Positions 38,850-51,170 of a stretch of 64,000 nucleotides of DNA are shown one piece after another. The notes beneath the pieces were generated by a model that was not told the origin of the DNA, made no database searches, and saw only the letters and a list, made by a program, of their open reading frames with translations. How positions within the stretch are numbered: position 1 is the first letter of the stretch; each line of letters opens with the position of its first letter. Source of the stretch: Octopus sinensis (Eukaryota); contig NC_043007.1 in NCBI RefSeq assembly GCF_006345805.1, positions 36,394,001 to 36,458,000 of the forward strand. Direction: 5' to 3'. A program made the position numbers and the translations under genes.

Positions 38850-39183
38850 GAAAGCACATGGCTCAGTGGTTAGAGCCTCAAGCTTACAATCGTGAGGTTG
38901 TGAGTTCGAATCCCGGACCGGGCTGCAAGTTGTGTTTTTGAGCAAGACACTTTATTTCACGTTGCTCCTGTTCACTCAGCTGTAGAAATGAGTTGCAACA
39001 TCACAGGTGCCAAGCTGTATCAGCCTTTACCTTTCCCTTGGATAACACTGGTGGCATGGAGAGGTGAGGGTGGTATGCATGGGCGACTGCTGGTCTTCCA
39101 TAAACAACCTTGCCCAGACTTGTGCCTGGGAGGGTAACTTTCTAGGTGCAATCTCATGATCAGTCATGACCGAAGGTGATCTC
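38850..39183 (+). mobile_element. tRNA-derived CORE-SINE, family D
   Basis: A box TGGCTCAGTGG, B box GAGTTCGAATCC, CORE-like TTGAGCAAGACACTTTATTTCAC; relatives at about 6855-6965 and 40610-40850. Confidence 0.7.
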
Positions 39184-40409
39184 ACATTATAGGCACATGG
39201 CTGTGTGCTTAAGAAGTTTGCTTTCCAACCATGTGGTCTCAGGTTCAGCTCACTGCATAGCACTTTGAGCAAGTATCTTCTACTACAGCCCCAGGGCAAC
39301 CAAAGCCCCAGCCAGTGTTGTGAATGCATTTTGTAGATGGAAATTGGAAGGGGCCCACCCTCTCTATATATTCTTTGACTCTTTTATTCTGATACACATT
39401 TCAGGCATTTGACTGCAACCATGCTTGAGCACCACTATAAAGGGTTTTAGTAGAAGAAATCAACCCCAGGACTTATTCTTTGTAAGGCCAGTACATATTC
39501 TATTGATCTCTTTTGCCAAACTGCAAAGTTATGGGGGACAGTTGTCAAGCGATGGCAGGGGATAAATACAGACATACACATAAATATATATACAACGGGC
39601 TTCTTTCAGTTTCCATGTACCAAATCCACTCACAAGGCTTTGGTCAGCCTGAGTCTATAGTAGAAGACACTTGCCCAAGGTACCACGTAGTAGGAATGAA
39701 CCCAGAACCATGAAGTAGGAAAGCAAGCCACACCTGTACATATGTATATGTGTATGTATTTATGTGTGTGTGTGTGTACTTTTGCCTTGATACATGTGAT
39801 GGTTGTAAACGAGCATCACTGTTATACAAACAATGCTGTTTGCTTCCAGGTTTCATTCATTTTAGTTGTTAGGGTGTGATCTGATAACAATTTGGTTGCT
39901 GCTTCTAGCATGTTGAGTAACCACATAGTAGTTTACTTGCTGCCTCAACAGTGGTTATATGGTAATGATAGTGGTGATGGTGATAAAGGAGCTAATGATG
40001 ATGGTGGCGGTAGTGGTGGTGATGATGATGAGGTGAAGAGGGGGAGAGGTAATGTAGTAATGAGGTGATGGTGGTAGCTTTTATGATAATGATGATGATA
40101 GTGATAATGATAATGAAAATATTGATGATCATGATGGTGATGCTGCTGATGATGATGAGAAGGAGGAGGGAAGGCAAGAGGAGTGCTGGTTATATTATGA
40201 GAATGACAATAATGCACATAATGATGATGATGATGATGATAACATAAAGATGAAGATGATAACGATGATGAAAATCATGTAGCTGGCGATGGTGGTGCAG
40301 AGAGTAGATAACATTATGACTGATCATATTTTTGTGACAAATCTTTTTGTAATAAATTTGTTGTGTGCATAAAACAGAGAGTAATAAGAAATATTATGAC
40401 AGATCATAC

Positions 40410-40516
40410 CTTCCTGAGATATATCTTTCCAAGGATTGAATGGGTACATAAATGAGGCATTTTGAATTTGGTCACCAATATCTTCATCTTCATTGAATGG
40501 AAACGTGCCACTTAGA
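40410..40516 (-). CDS. PRKD: Protein kinase D exon
   Basis: (S)[35 protein letters not shown](A); 107 nt. Confidence 0.95.
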
Positions 40517-41487
40517 CTGGATCATGGAATTAAATCAAAAACAAAAAATGGTTTTCAGATACTGGTATCAAATGGAATGCAATGGTGCATGTGCATATCA
40601 AATGTGTGTGTGAGCATGTGGCCTCACTGGTTAGTGTGCTGCACTCACAATCTCTAGAACATGGGTTTGATTCCGAGGCTGGGCAGCACATTGTGTTCTT
40701 GAACAAAACACTTCATTTCATACTGCTCCAGTGGGGAATGTCGGCCTGCTTCCCTAGCCAGCAGGGTGGTGTCATCCAATGGTTGAAACAATGCAAAGCA
40801 CACTGTGACCAGTGATGTGTAACATCTGATAGCCTGGATTGTCCTGTGAGATATATATATATATATCAAAATCAAAATCGATCAACATCAATGGAAATTG
40901 CAGCCGTGATACCAGTGCCAGTGGCACGTAAGAGAACCATCCGAACGTGGCCGTTGCCAGCGCTGCCCCAACTGGCCTCGTGCCGGTGGCACATATAAAG
41001 CACCATTCGTTTGTGGCTATTGCCAGCCTCGTCTGGCTCCCGTGCCAGTGGCACGTAAAAAACACCATCCGATCGTGGCCATTTGCCAGTTTCGTCTGGC
41101 AGTTGTGCCGGTGGCACGTAAAAAGCACCCACTACACTCACGGAGTGGTTGGCGTTAGGAATGGCATCCAGCTGTAGAAACACTGCCAGATCAGACTGGA
41201 GCCTGGTGCAGCCTTCTGGCTTCCCAGACCCCAGTTGAACCATCCAACCCATGCTAGCATGGAAAGCGGACGCTAAACGATGATGATGATGATGTTGCCA
41301 GTACCGCTTGACTGGCCCTCGTGCAAGTGGCACATAAAAACACCCACAACACTCTTTGGAAGGCATCCAGCTGTGAAAACTCTGCTAGATCAGATTGGAG
41401 CCTGGTGCAGCCATCTGGTTCACTAGTCCTCAGTCAAATCGTCCAACCCATGCTAGCATGGGAAGCAGACAAATGATGATCATGATG

Positions 41488-41523
<36 letters not shown>

Positions 41524-41934
41524 CTATATATATATATATATACATACATACACACATAAATATGTACATAAATTATATACTTACATACATATGTACGTAT
41601 ATACATACAGACATGAATACAAATATACATGCATATATATATATATATATATTACTATAAATGCTTCACACTACATGCATTATATGTGCTACAAATAGTT
41701 TCACATACATAAATACATTCACCTGGCACTGATTGAACTGTCCAACCAAGAGGTTTACGTTTAAATAGAGGACAGGTGTGAAGTGATATGAAAGCAAAAC
41801 GTACCTAACGGAAGATTCCACCAAGATAGGTGAATGAATAATAAAAATTGAAATAATAATAATAATAATAATTAATAATAATAATAATTATAATATAATA
41901 ATAATAATAATAATTATAATATAATAATAATTAT

Positions 41935-42215
41935 ATGGGAATGATCCCTGGCTTACCATCCCTGCAAGTGCAAAAGATTGTCTTAACTGGTACATCACAT
42001 GTATTGAGAAGAGCATTGTCGATGTGAGAACTGTTGCTGCTCATGTATTTTAATTTAAAAAAAAAAAAAAAAATGAACGAACTACTGAGTTTGGTTTAAT
42101 GGCCTACCAATGTATACTATGAGTTTCTTTGCCCTAGGAGTCGGGAAGAAACTCGGCAAGAAATGGAAGCAAATTTGAAAGAAGAAGAAAAAAAAAAGTA
42201 ATAATAATAATAATA
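41935..42215 (+). mobile_element. Third R4/Dong-type LINE 3' end in (TAA)n
   Basis: MIPGLPSLQVQKIVLTGTSHVLRRALSM* plus UTR; (TAA)n on both sides; the last ~60 bp recur between (TAA)n tracts at 52325-52385. Confidence 0.6.
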
Positions 42216-42243
42216 AAAATTGAAATAATAATAAAAAAAAAAT

Positions 42244-43570
42244 ATTGAAGAATAGATACCCATCTCATGATGTTGGTTTGTACCATGATGATGGATTGAT
42301 TGTTTCTCATGGATGTAATGGACATATGCTTGATAAGTTAAAAAAAAAATTTATCTCAATGTTCAACCAGTGAGGGTTGAAAATAACTGTTGTTACTAAT
42401 CTTTCAACAGTTGAGTATTTAGATGTTTCATTACATCTAAATACCCCTTCATATAAGCCATACCATAAAATTAATGAGAAATTAATATATATATATGTAT
42501 GTATAACTCTTGCTTGCGAAGACCTGTTGAGGCAAGTGAAATTAAAATCAAATTCGATAACTGGCATCCGTGCTAGTGTGGTGCAAAGAGCACCATACAA
42601 GTGTGATTGTTGACAGAGTGGCTAACCGGCTTCCGTACCAGTGGGACATAAAAAGCACCATTCGAGTGTGATCGTTACCAGCATTGCCTTACTGGCACTT
42701 GAGCCCCTTGCTAGTAGGGTGCTAAGAGCACCATTCGAACGTGATCATTGCCAGAGCGGCTAACTGGTCTCCGTGCCAGTGGCACGTAAAAGGCACTATT
42801 CGAGCGTGATTGTTACCAGCACCTGTGCTGGTGGCATGTGTAAAAAGATTTGAGCGAGGTCATTGCCAGTACCGCCGGTGGCACGTAAAAGCACCCACTA
42901 CACTCGGTGTGGTTGGTGTTAGGAAGGATATCCAGCTCTAGAAACTTTGCCAGATCAGATTGGAGCCTGGTGCAGCCATCTGGTTCGCCAGCGCTCAGTC
43001 AAATCGTCCAACCCATGCAAGCATGGAAAGCTGACATCAGACGATGATGATGATGATGATGATAAATAGGCAATCCTGCTACCCTCATAGCATAATTAAA
43101 AATCTGGTGGCAAATATTAGCAAGAGAGTGTCTAATATCCCCTCCCCTACGGAAATCTTTGAGAGGGCTGCTCCATATTACAATAGAGTGTTAGCCAATA
43201 GTGGTTTCAATGAAAAATTAGTGTATATGATGTCTTCTACCTATAATAATAACAATGGGCATGGTAAAGTCCATGAAAAAGTGCAACACTATAGAAAAAT
43301 ATTCTAAAAACAGATCCAGAAAAATTATTTGGTTCACCCCTCCTTTTTCTTTAAGTGTGAAACCGAATATCAGAAAAATATTCCTGACACTCTTAGATAA
43401 GCACTTTCCTGTAGGACATAGATACAGGAAGATATTTAACAGAAATTCTGTTAAACTATCATACAGCTGCTGCCCTAACATGAAAAATATTATCAACCAC
43501 AAGAGCCAGAAAGAAGCAAACCCAGGCTGTAATTGTCATAATGCAGGATTCTATCCACTAAACAAACAGT
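42244..43570 (+). mobile_element. Decayed Penelope-like element (Naiad-type) RT-linker fragment, split by an insertion at about 42490-43062
   Basis: GLYHDDGL (42275), GLKIT...VEYLDVSL..SYKPY, then NRQSCYP...IIWFTPPFS...DKHFP...KIFNRNSVKLSYSC...CNCHNAGFYPLNKQC. Confidence 0.8.
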
Positions 43571-43628
43571 GTTTATTTATTTTATTTAATTATCTGATAA
43601 TTGTATGAAATAAAGAAACTGTGCTTAC

Positions 43629-43704
43629 CTTACATATACTATGACACCAACAGACCACATGTCCAATGATCGGTTATATCCTTTGCTTTTCAATACTTCA
43701 GGAG
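43629..43704 (-). CDS. PRKD: Protein kinase D exon (APE, subdomain IX)
   Basis: (A)[24 protein letters not shown](S); 76 nt. Confidence 0.95.
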
Positions 43705-45217
43705 CTGAAAGAAGAGAAGAAGAAAAAGAAATGAAATTAACTCAAAAGCACTTGAGCTGGTGCCACATAAAAAGCACCCATGCCAGAACCATATTGGAAG
43801 TACTCGTGCTGGTGCCATTTAAAAAGCACTTGTGTTGGCACCACGTACCGAGGCATTCGTGTCAGCACCATGTAAAGAGCACTTATACTGGAGCCACATA
43901 CAAAGCACTCATGCTGGTGCCATGCGAGAAGCATTCATGCTGGTGCCATGTAAAAAGCATCTGTGCGGTGCCATGTAAAAAGCACCCAGCATACTCTGGA
44001 AAGTGGTAGGCGTTAGAAAGGGCATCCAGCCATAGAAACTTTGCCAGAACAGACAACTGGGGCCTGGTCAGCCTGCAGCTGACCAGCTCATGTCAAACCA
44101 TCCAACCCATGCCAGCATGGAAAACAGACTTTAAATGATAAAGGCTTCTGCACAGTTTTTGGTTTCTTAATTTCCCACAAGGGGCTAAACATAGAGAGGA
44201 CAAACAAGAACAGACAAAGGGATTAAGTTGATTGCATCGACCCCAGTGCGTAACTGGTACTTAATTTATCGACTCCAAAAGGATGAAAGGCAAGGTCGAC
44301 CTCAGCAGAAATTGAACTCAGAACGTAATGGCAGACGAAATACTGCTAAGCATTTAGCCCAGCATACTAACGTTTCTGCCAGCTCACTGCCTTTACACAG
44401 TTTCTATCTACCAAATTCACTCACCAGACACTGGTCAACCTAGAGCTATTGTAAAAGACAGGTGTCTAAGTTACCATGCAATGGGATTGAACCCAAACCC
44501 ATGTTTTTGCAGAGTTTACTTCCTTACCACATGGCCATAGCATGCCTAGTGAAGATTTCTTCTTATTTGTATAACTTGACCGTAGCGTCCTGAGGAAAAT
44601 CAGGCTGCTATTTCCAGCAGGTCAAGCAACCATGTAAAGCAATGGTTCTCAACTGGGGTCCACAAAAGATGTTGCTGTTAAAAATTTAACCATAATAAAT
44701 CAGTTACATTTCTATGATTCACAAAATATTTCAATAATTTTTTTAATGCAATTCTTAATATTTCATTATATAACTATGAGGCTTATTTTTTTAACACACT
44801 GAATGTCTATGGGGATCCAGTATAGCAAAATACAAATCAAAGAAGCCCATAAGCTAAAAATGGTTGAGAACCACTGATATAAAAGGATCTCTCATTGGAT
44901 TTTTTAATTTAGTTTCCTTCTCAAGTCATACAGACTCATAAGGGCTGATTTCCCGGTTTCCATATATTCCCCACCTGGACAGGATGCCAGTCCATTGCAG
45001 GATTACTTTTGCGGAAGAACACAGAATGTTGCTCAATCAGTCGCAGGAGTGGCTGTGTGGTAAGTAGCTTGCTTACCAACCACATGGTTCTGGGTTCAGT
45101 CCCACTGCGTGGCACCTTGGGCAAGTGTCTTCTACTATAGTCTAAGGCTGACCAAAGCCTTGTGAGTGGATTTGGTAGACGGAAACTGAAAGAAGCCTGT
45201 CATGTGTGTGTGTGTGT

Positions 45218-46114
45218 AAGGAATCTAATGCGCTTGGCTTAGATTTTCCTTTGGGGCTGGCCAGGTCGGAGCAATCTCAAGATTAATCAGCCGAAATTGC
45301 AAGGATGAGCCGGTTCTTGACTGAAGATTGAAGGCTTCAAATGTCCCGTCCGTGTTTTTTGTATCGTCTTCTAAATGTTTTGCGTTCTTGTCCCAGTTTG
45401 TATTTTTTTACATATACATATATATATAGCGGCGCCCGTACCCTTTTTGGTCTTGTATGTAAGTACATATTTTCTTTAAACTTGGTACAACTCTATAACA
45501 CTGTCTCTCTCTCTCCCCCTTCTCCTACATTTCTCTGCCTTTCACACTTTGCACTCCACTTTGATCTGTCTCTTTCTCTCTCTTCTCCTCCTCCTTTGTT
45601 CCTTGTTCCCCTTTTTCTCTCTTCATCTGTCCCTCTTTTTCTCTCTCTTCTCCTCACACGTGACTAACTGACCTTTTCGTGGTCAGCAGCCATCGAGGCT
45701 AGACACATTTTTTTCTCTCTCTACCCCAAGGCATTTTTCTAATGCGCCAGCTCAAGTTCACCCGTCCAGTCGAAAAGATGCCTGCCTGTGACATCCTGTT
45801 TTTGTTATTATTATTTATTATTATCATTATTGTTTTTACGTATTTTTGTATTCTTAGTCGTGTAACATCGTCCGTTTTCCCGTCCTTCTTTTGTATACAT
45901 TCGAGGCTTTCTTCCAAGGAGTCTAATGCGCTTGGCTTAGATTTTCCTTTGGGCTGGCCAGGTCGGAGCAATCTCAAGATCAATCAGCTGAAATTGCGAG
46001 GATGATCCGGTCCTTGACTGAAGATTGAAGGCTTCGAATGTCCTGTCCGTGTTTTTTGTATCGTCTTCTAAATGTTTTGCGTTCTTGTCCCAGTTTGTAT
46101 TTTTTTACATATAC

Positions 46115-46116
<2 letters not shown>
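45218..46116. mobile_element. Non-coding element with ~200-bp direct terminal repeats inserted in a SINE microsatellite
   Basis: 45218-45420 and 45916-46116 are near-identical; ~490-bp non-coding interior; splits a family-C SINE. Confidence 0.7.
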
Positions 46117-46145
<29 letters not shown>

Positions 46146-46151
46146 CATATA

Positions 46152-46187
<36 letters not shown>

Positions 46188-46630
46188 TGTATGTATGTAT
46201 GTATGTATGTATGTATGTGTGCGTGTATATGTTTGTGTGTCTGTGTTTGTCCCCCAACATCACTTGACAACCGATGCAGGTGTGTTTACGTCTCTGTAAC
46301 ATAGTGGTTCGGCAAAAGAGACCGACAGAATAAGTACTAGGCTTACAAAGAATAAGTTGTGGAGTCGATTTGTTCAACTAAAGGCAGTGCTCCTGCATGG
46401 CCACAGTCAAATGACTGAAACAAGTAAAAGAGTAAAAAGAGAGTAATCCAGTAATCAAAACCACAATCTTATGATCATGGGTCTAACACCCTAACCACTA
46501 AGCCACACGCCTCCATTGGATTGCTTTATTTTTGTGTTTGGTGGTTGATGTGGAAGAGGAGGAGGAGGCAGCAGTGACAAAAAAATAACAAGGTTTAGTA
46601 GTTTGCTTGCACATCAAAAGATTGACTTAC

Positions 46631-46715
46631 CAAGGTATGCAGGTGTACCAACAACAGATCGCCGAAAAGATTTTTCACCAATGATTCTCGCAAAACCAAA
46701 ATCACACAATTTCAC
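46631..46715 (-). CDS. PRKD: Protein kinase D exon (DFG and activation loop)
   Basis: [28 protein letters not shown], the diagnostic PKD activation loop; 85 nt. Confidence 0.98.
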
Positions 46716-46932
46716 CTGGAGATGATGGAGATGGAAGAGAAAAACAAAAAGAAAATAACAAAAAAAAAAAAATGATTGCAAATATAGACACAAGGGCACA
46801 TTCTGGGGAAAAAGGATCACTTGATTATATTGATTCTAATGCTTGGTTTGTATTTTGTTTTATCCCTTCCATTCCAACGTAAGGATGAAAGGCAAAGTTG
46901 ACTCCAGTTAGAATTGAACACAGAACATAGAC

Positions 46933-47176
46933 TGTTGCATCTGGGGAGAGTCATTTTCTTTTTGTGTCTTATAATGTAACACACTCACCGGTAAAATTTA
47001 CACTTATTTCTTATATTTTTTTTCCTAAAATTTTCGTTGCATCTTGCAACCTTTTCAATAGTCTTGACTCTGTCCGTTATTTAGGAAAATAAAAATAAGA
47101 AATAAGTGGAAATCTTACCGGTGAGTGTGTTACATTATAAGGCACAAAAAGAAAATGACTCTCTCCAGATACAACA
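46933..47176. mobile_element. MITE with ~95-bp inverted arms
   Basis: TGTTGCATCTGGGGAGAGTCATTTTC...CACTCACCGGTAA / TTACCGGTGAGTG...GAAAATGACTCTCTCCAGATACAACA. Confidence 0.8.
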
Positions 47177-47654
47177 GAATATGCTTCAGCACACAAACTC
47201 ATATAAAGAATCTTGCAAACCAAATCCAAAAATGAAACAGAACATAGAGTTGTACCTAAATATTACAAAGCAATTTGCTCACCTTGTTAATGAATTTGCC
47301 ATGCTAAGAAAGGAAAACTAATAATAATTGTTTGCAATAGAAGTTCAAGCTTGAAATCCGGTGAAGGTTAAACTGTAACAGTTGACCTCAGAATATAAAG
47401 TATTGTAGCTAGTGCATTTTGTCTGGCTTCCTAATAATTCTGCCAATCCCTTGCTCTATATAATGATTTCAGATTTCGGCACAAGGCCAGCAAGTTTGGA
47501 AGGGAGGGTAAGTTGATTACATCAACCCCAGTACTCAACTGGTACTTATTTTATCGACCCTGAAAGGATGAAAGGCAAAGTTGACATTGGTGGAATTTGA
47601 ACACAGAACATAAAGACAAAATGCTGTGCTAATGAATCTGCCAGTTCACTGCCT

Positions 47655-47721
<67 letters not shown>

Positions 47722-48733
47722 GTTTCAAATTTTGCCACAGGGGCAGCCATTTTGGGAGAGGTGATAAGTTGATTACATCAGCCCCAGTGTTTAACTGGTA
47801 CTTATTTTATTGGCCCCAAAAGGATGAAAGGCAAAGTCGACCATGGCAGAATTTGTATTGAGATCGGAGCAACAGGTGAAATATTGCTAAGCATTTTGTC
47901 CAGCATGCTAATAATTCTGCCAGCTCACCACCTTCATCATCATCATCATCATCATCCTCCTCATTTAATGTCCACTTTCCATGCTAGCATGTGTTGGACG
48001 ATTTGACTGAGGACTGGCGAACCAGATGGCTGCACCAGGCTCCAATCTGATCTGGCAGAGTTTCTACAGCTGGATGCCCTTCCTAATGCCAACCGCTCTG
48101 AGAGTGTAGTGGGTGCTTTTACATGCCACCAGTACGGGGGCCAGTCAGGCGGTACTGGCAATGACCTCGCTTGAATGTTTTTTCACATGCCATGCCTTAA
48201 ATAATAATAATAATGATAATCCTTTCTACTATAGGCACAAGGCCTGAAATTTGGTGGGAGGAGAGTAGTCGGTTATATCAACCCCAGTATTACACTAACA
48301 CTTAGTTTACTAACCCTGAAAGGATGAAAGGCAAAGTTGACCTCGGTGGAATTTGAACTCAGAACATAGTAGCAAGCAAAATACTTCTAAGCAATTTGCT
48401 TGGCACGCTAATGATTCTGCCAGTTCAGTGCTATGAATAATCAGGAATGTATTAGCTGAAAAGAATGGATAGCATGGTACCTGTGATAAAAAGAAATAGT
48501 AATCCTTTCTACTAAAGGGACAAAGCCTGAAGCTTGGGTGGGGGGAAAGGGACTTGTTGATGACATTGACCTTAGTGTTTCACTGATACTTAATTTATTG
48601 ACACCCTAAAGGACGAAAGGCCAAGTTAACCTAGATGGAATTTGAACTCAGAACATTGAGCCTGGAAAAATAAAATACTGCCAAGCATTTTGTCCAATGT
48701 ATTAACAATTCTGTTAATCCACTGTTGTTGTTG

Positions 48734-48775
<42 letters not shown>

Positions 48776-49262
48776 CACCACCACTACCACCACCATTACC
48801 ACTACTACTACTAGTACATAACAATAATAATAATGATGATGATGATGAAGATAATAATAATAGTAATAATAACAACAGCAACAACAACAACTATAACAAT
48901 ACACATTCGCTTTAAATGAATTTGATTAGATTTTAAGTGATGTCTGCAAGACATAAGGTGTAAGCCAGAGGGGAAAAAGAAAGCAGTATTGGAGATCGAT
49001 AGATATTTTTACAGCATCAAATAAGATATAAGATACAATAAAATAATAAAATGTTGAAGCAATGTGAAGTATTGTGTTACAAAGGAGAAGGAAATCTCAG
49101 TCAATGCAAAGTTCAGCCTGACACGTTAAATATGTCTTCAGCTGTCAGCATTCTGAATAGAATTCAATATTTTTTGCTTGTTTTATTTTTTGTATTTTAG
49201 CTGAATAACTTTGTTTCCACCCCCAACATTTTCTTTTAGAACAGCATCTATGATCTATGTGA

Positions 49263-49335
49263 GCCTCTGTGGCCCAATGGATAAGGCACCGGCCTCCTAA
49301 GCCGGGGATTGTGGGTTCGAGTCCCGTCAGAGGTA
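49263..49335 (+). tRNA. tRNA-Arg-CCT: tRNA-Arg (anticodon CCT)
   Basis: Acceptor GCCTCTG/CAGAGGT; D arm; anticodon stem CCGGC/GCCGG with loop CTCCTAA; T loop TTCGAGT; T stem GTGGG/CCCGT has two G-U pairs; TTTT at 49344. Confidence 0.85.
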
Positions 49336-49608
49336 TAGGGACATTTTCTTTTCGTTGTGGTGCACCTGAGCACTGTATACAATAATTTCATTATCATTTA
49401 TTATTTAATCTAGGGCTTTCAAGACTCAGATCCAAGACCTGGCCACAATGCCTGCAATAAAGTGGACTCTGCTAAGAGCCAAATGGTGGTACAAAAAGTA
49501 GCCCAGCTATAAAACAATAAGACAATTGTAGTCTTGTTATCAGTAAATAACAGCCCTGTGATAAGTCAATAGTAGCCCTGATAATAAGTCAATTGTAGTT
49601 CACTTATA

Positions 49609-51170
49609 TGAGGGTTGACTGAAAAGTTCATAATCTGACCAAGATACTCCCACAGAATGTGACCAAATGAGGTTTATTTTTTAACATAATCCCTTTTGCA
49701 GTTCACACATTTCTTCCATCGATATTGCAGTGCTGAAATCCCTTTGATGAAGAAGCTTTCATCCTGTTGCCCAAAAAAGTCGTCAACAGCAGATATGACA
49801 TCATCATGACTGTGATACAGGTTCCCAGTCAAGTGTTTTTATATATTGTGGAACAGATGCTAGTCAGATGGGGCCAAATCAGGAAAACAGGGAGGGTGAT
49901 CAACCAGTTCAAAGTCACAGCTATGGAAACCAGGATCTTTTCGCTTTGACCGGCAGATTTTTAAAATAATTTCTTTGTAATTAAAAACACTTTTAAACTT
50001 CGTATACTGGTAGAATGTGTTTATAAAACATCTTTTTCTCTTGGCTTTCTTGAGAAAATTCTCAACAAATAATTGTTGTTGACAAAGATTCGGAGAGATT
50101 GTATTCACCTCAATAGATGTCATTGATTGGTTGAAATTGCCGAAATGCATGAAATTAAACAACAAACTACAGAATTTTCTCAATAAAGCCAAGAGAAAAA
50201 GATGTTTTATAAACACATTCTACCAGTATACAAAGTTTAAAAGTGTTTAGTTACAAAGAAATTATTTTAAAAATCTGCCGGTCAAAGCGAATAGATCCAG
50301 AAACCAAAGACTTGGGTGCAAGAGCATTATCCTGATGAAACAAAACCTCTTTTGCCAGTTTTCCTGGATGTCTGATCATGATAACCTTTCATAACTGCCT
50401 CAGCAAGTGGCATAGTACTCTCCATTGATGGTGTGGCTCTTTTGAAGATAGTTGATACTTTTTCTATCCCCCAAAAAACTGAGACCATCACCTTCCTTGT
50501 AGATGAAATGACTTTGCCCTTCATTGGAGCAGGTGAGGAGTGGCATTTCCACTGCATGGACTGTCACTTTGTCTCTTGTTCAAAGTGGTGAAGCTAACAC
50601 TCCTCACGGGCTAAGAAACATTCAAGGAAACCAACTGGATCTCCCTAAAACAATACCATTTTTCTCATGATGTAATCAACCTGGTGCACTTTTGATTAGG
50701 TATCAGAAGACAGAACATAGAGAGTTGTACCTAAATATTACAAAGCATTTTGCTCACCTTGTTAATGAATTTGCCATACTAAGAAAGGAAAACTAATAAT
50801 AATTATTTGCAATTAAATTTCAAGTCTGAAATCCATGAAGGTTAAATGGTAACAGTTGACCTCAGAATATAAAGATTTGTAACTAATGGCACCCACTGAG
50901 GAGAAACCGTTTGTCATGCCAAATTCATTGAGCAGAATATTCTCAACTCTCTCATAGGATATGCTAATAGCACTGGCTATTTGATTTATAGTCAAATGCC
51001 TGTCACCCATTACCACGAGATGAACATGATCAATGTTTTCCTTGGTGGTGGCAGTTGCAGAATGATCAGGCCATGGTCCCACTTCAAGATTAATCGTGCC
51101 CCTCCTAAATTCAGTTGCTCACTTTTGCACTGTTGATAAAGCTGGAGCATCATCTCCTACATTATCTGTA
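49609..51170 (-). mobile_element. Decayed mariner element with nested insertions
   Basis: Fragments ATATTKENID.V..VVMGDR.LTINQIA.AISIS, KVMVSVFWG and HPPCFPDLAPSD; TA-flanked end at 49607. Confidence 0.75.
49933..50298. mobile_element. Merlin-like MITE with ~115-bp inverted arms
   Basis: Termini GGATC...GATCC; TSD GGAAACCA/AGAAACCA (7 of 8 match); shares its left end with 1467-1859. Confidence 0.75.

Noticed and set aside
39945-40270. His-rich / Met-Ile-rich ORFs
   Set aside because: Translation of (GAT)/(GGT) trinucleotide tracts within a PRKD intron.
45240-45345. Hammerhead-like pieces in the direct repeats (GGCTG...CAGCC-GAAA; CTGAAGA...CGAA)
   Set aside because: The first lacks a CUGANGA core in both copies; the second lacks GAAA and a pairing stem I.
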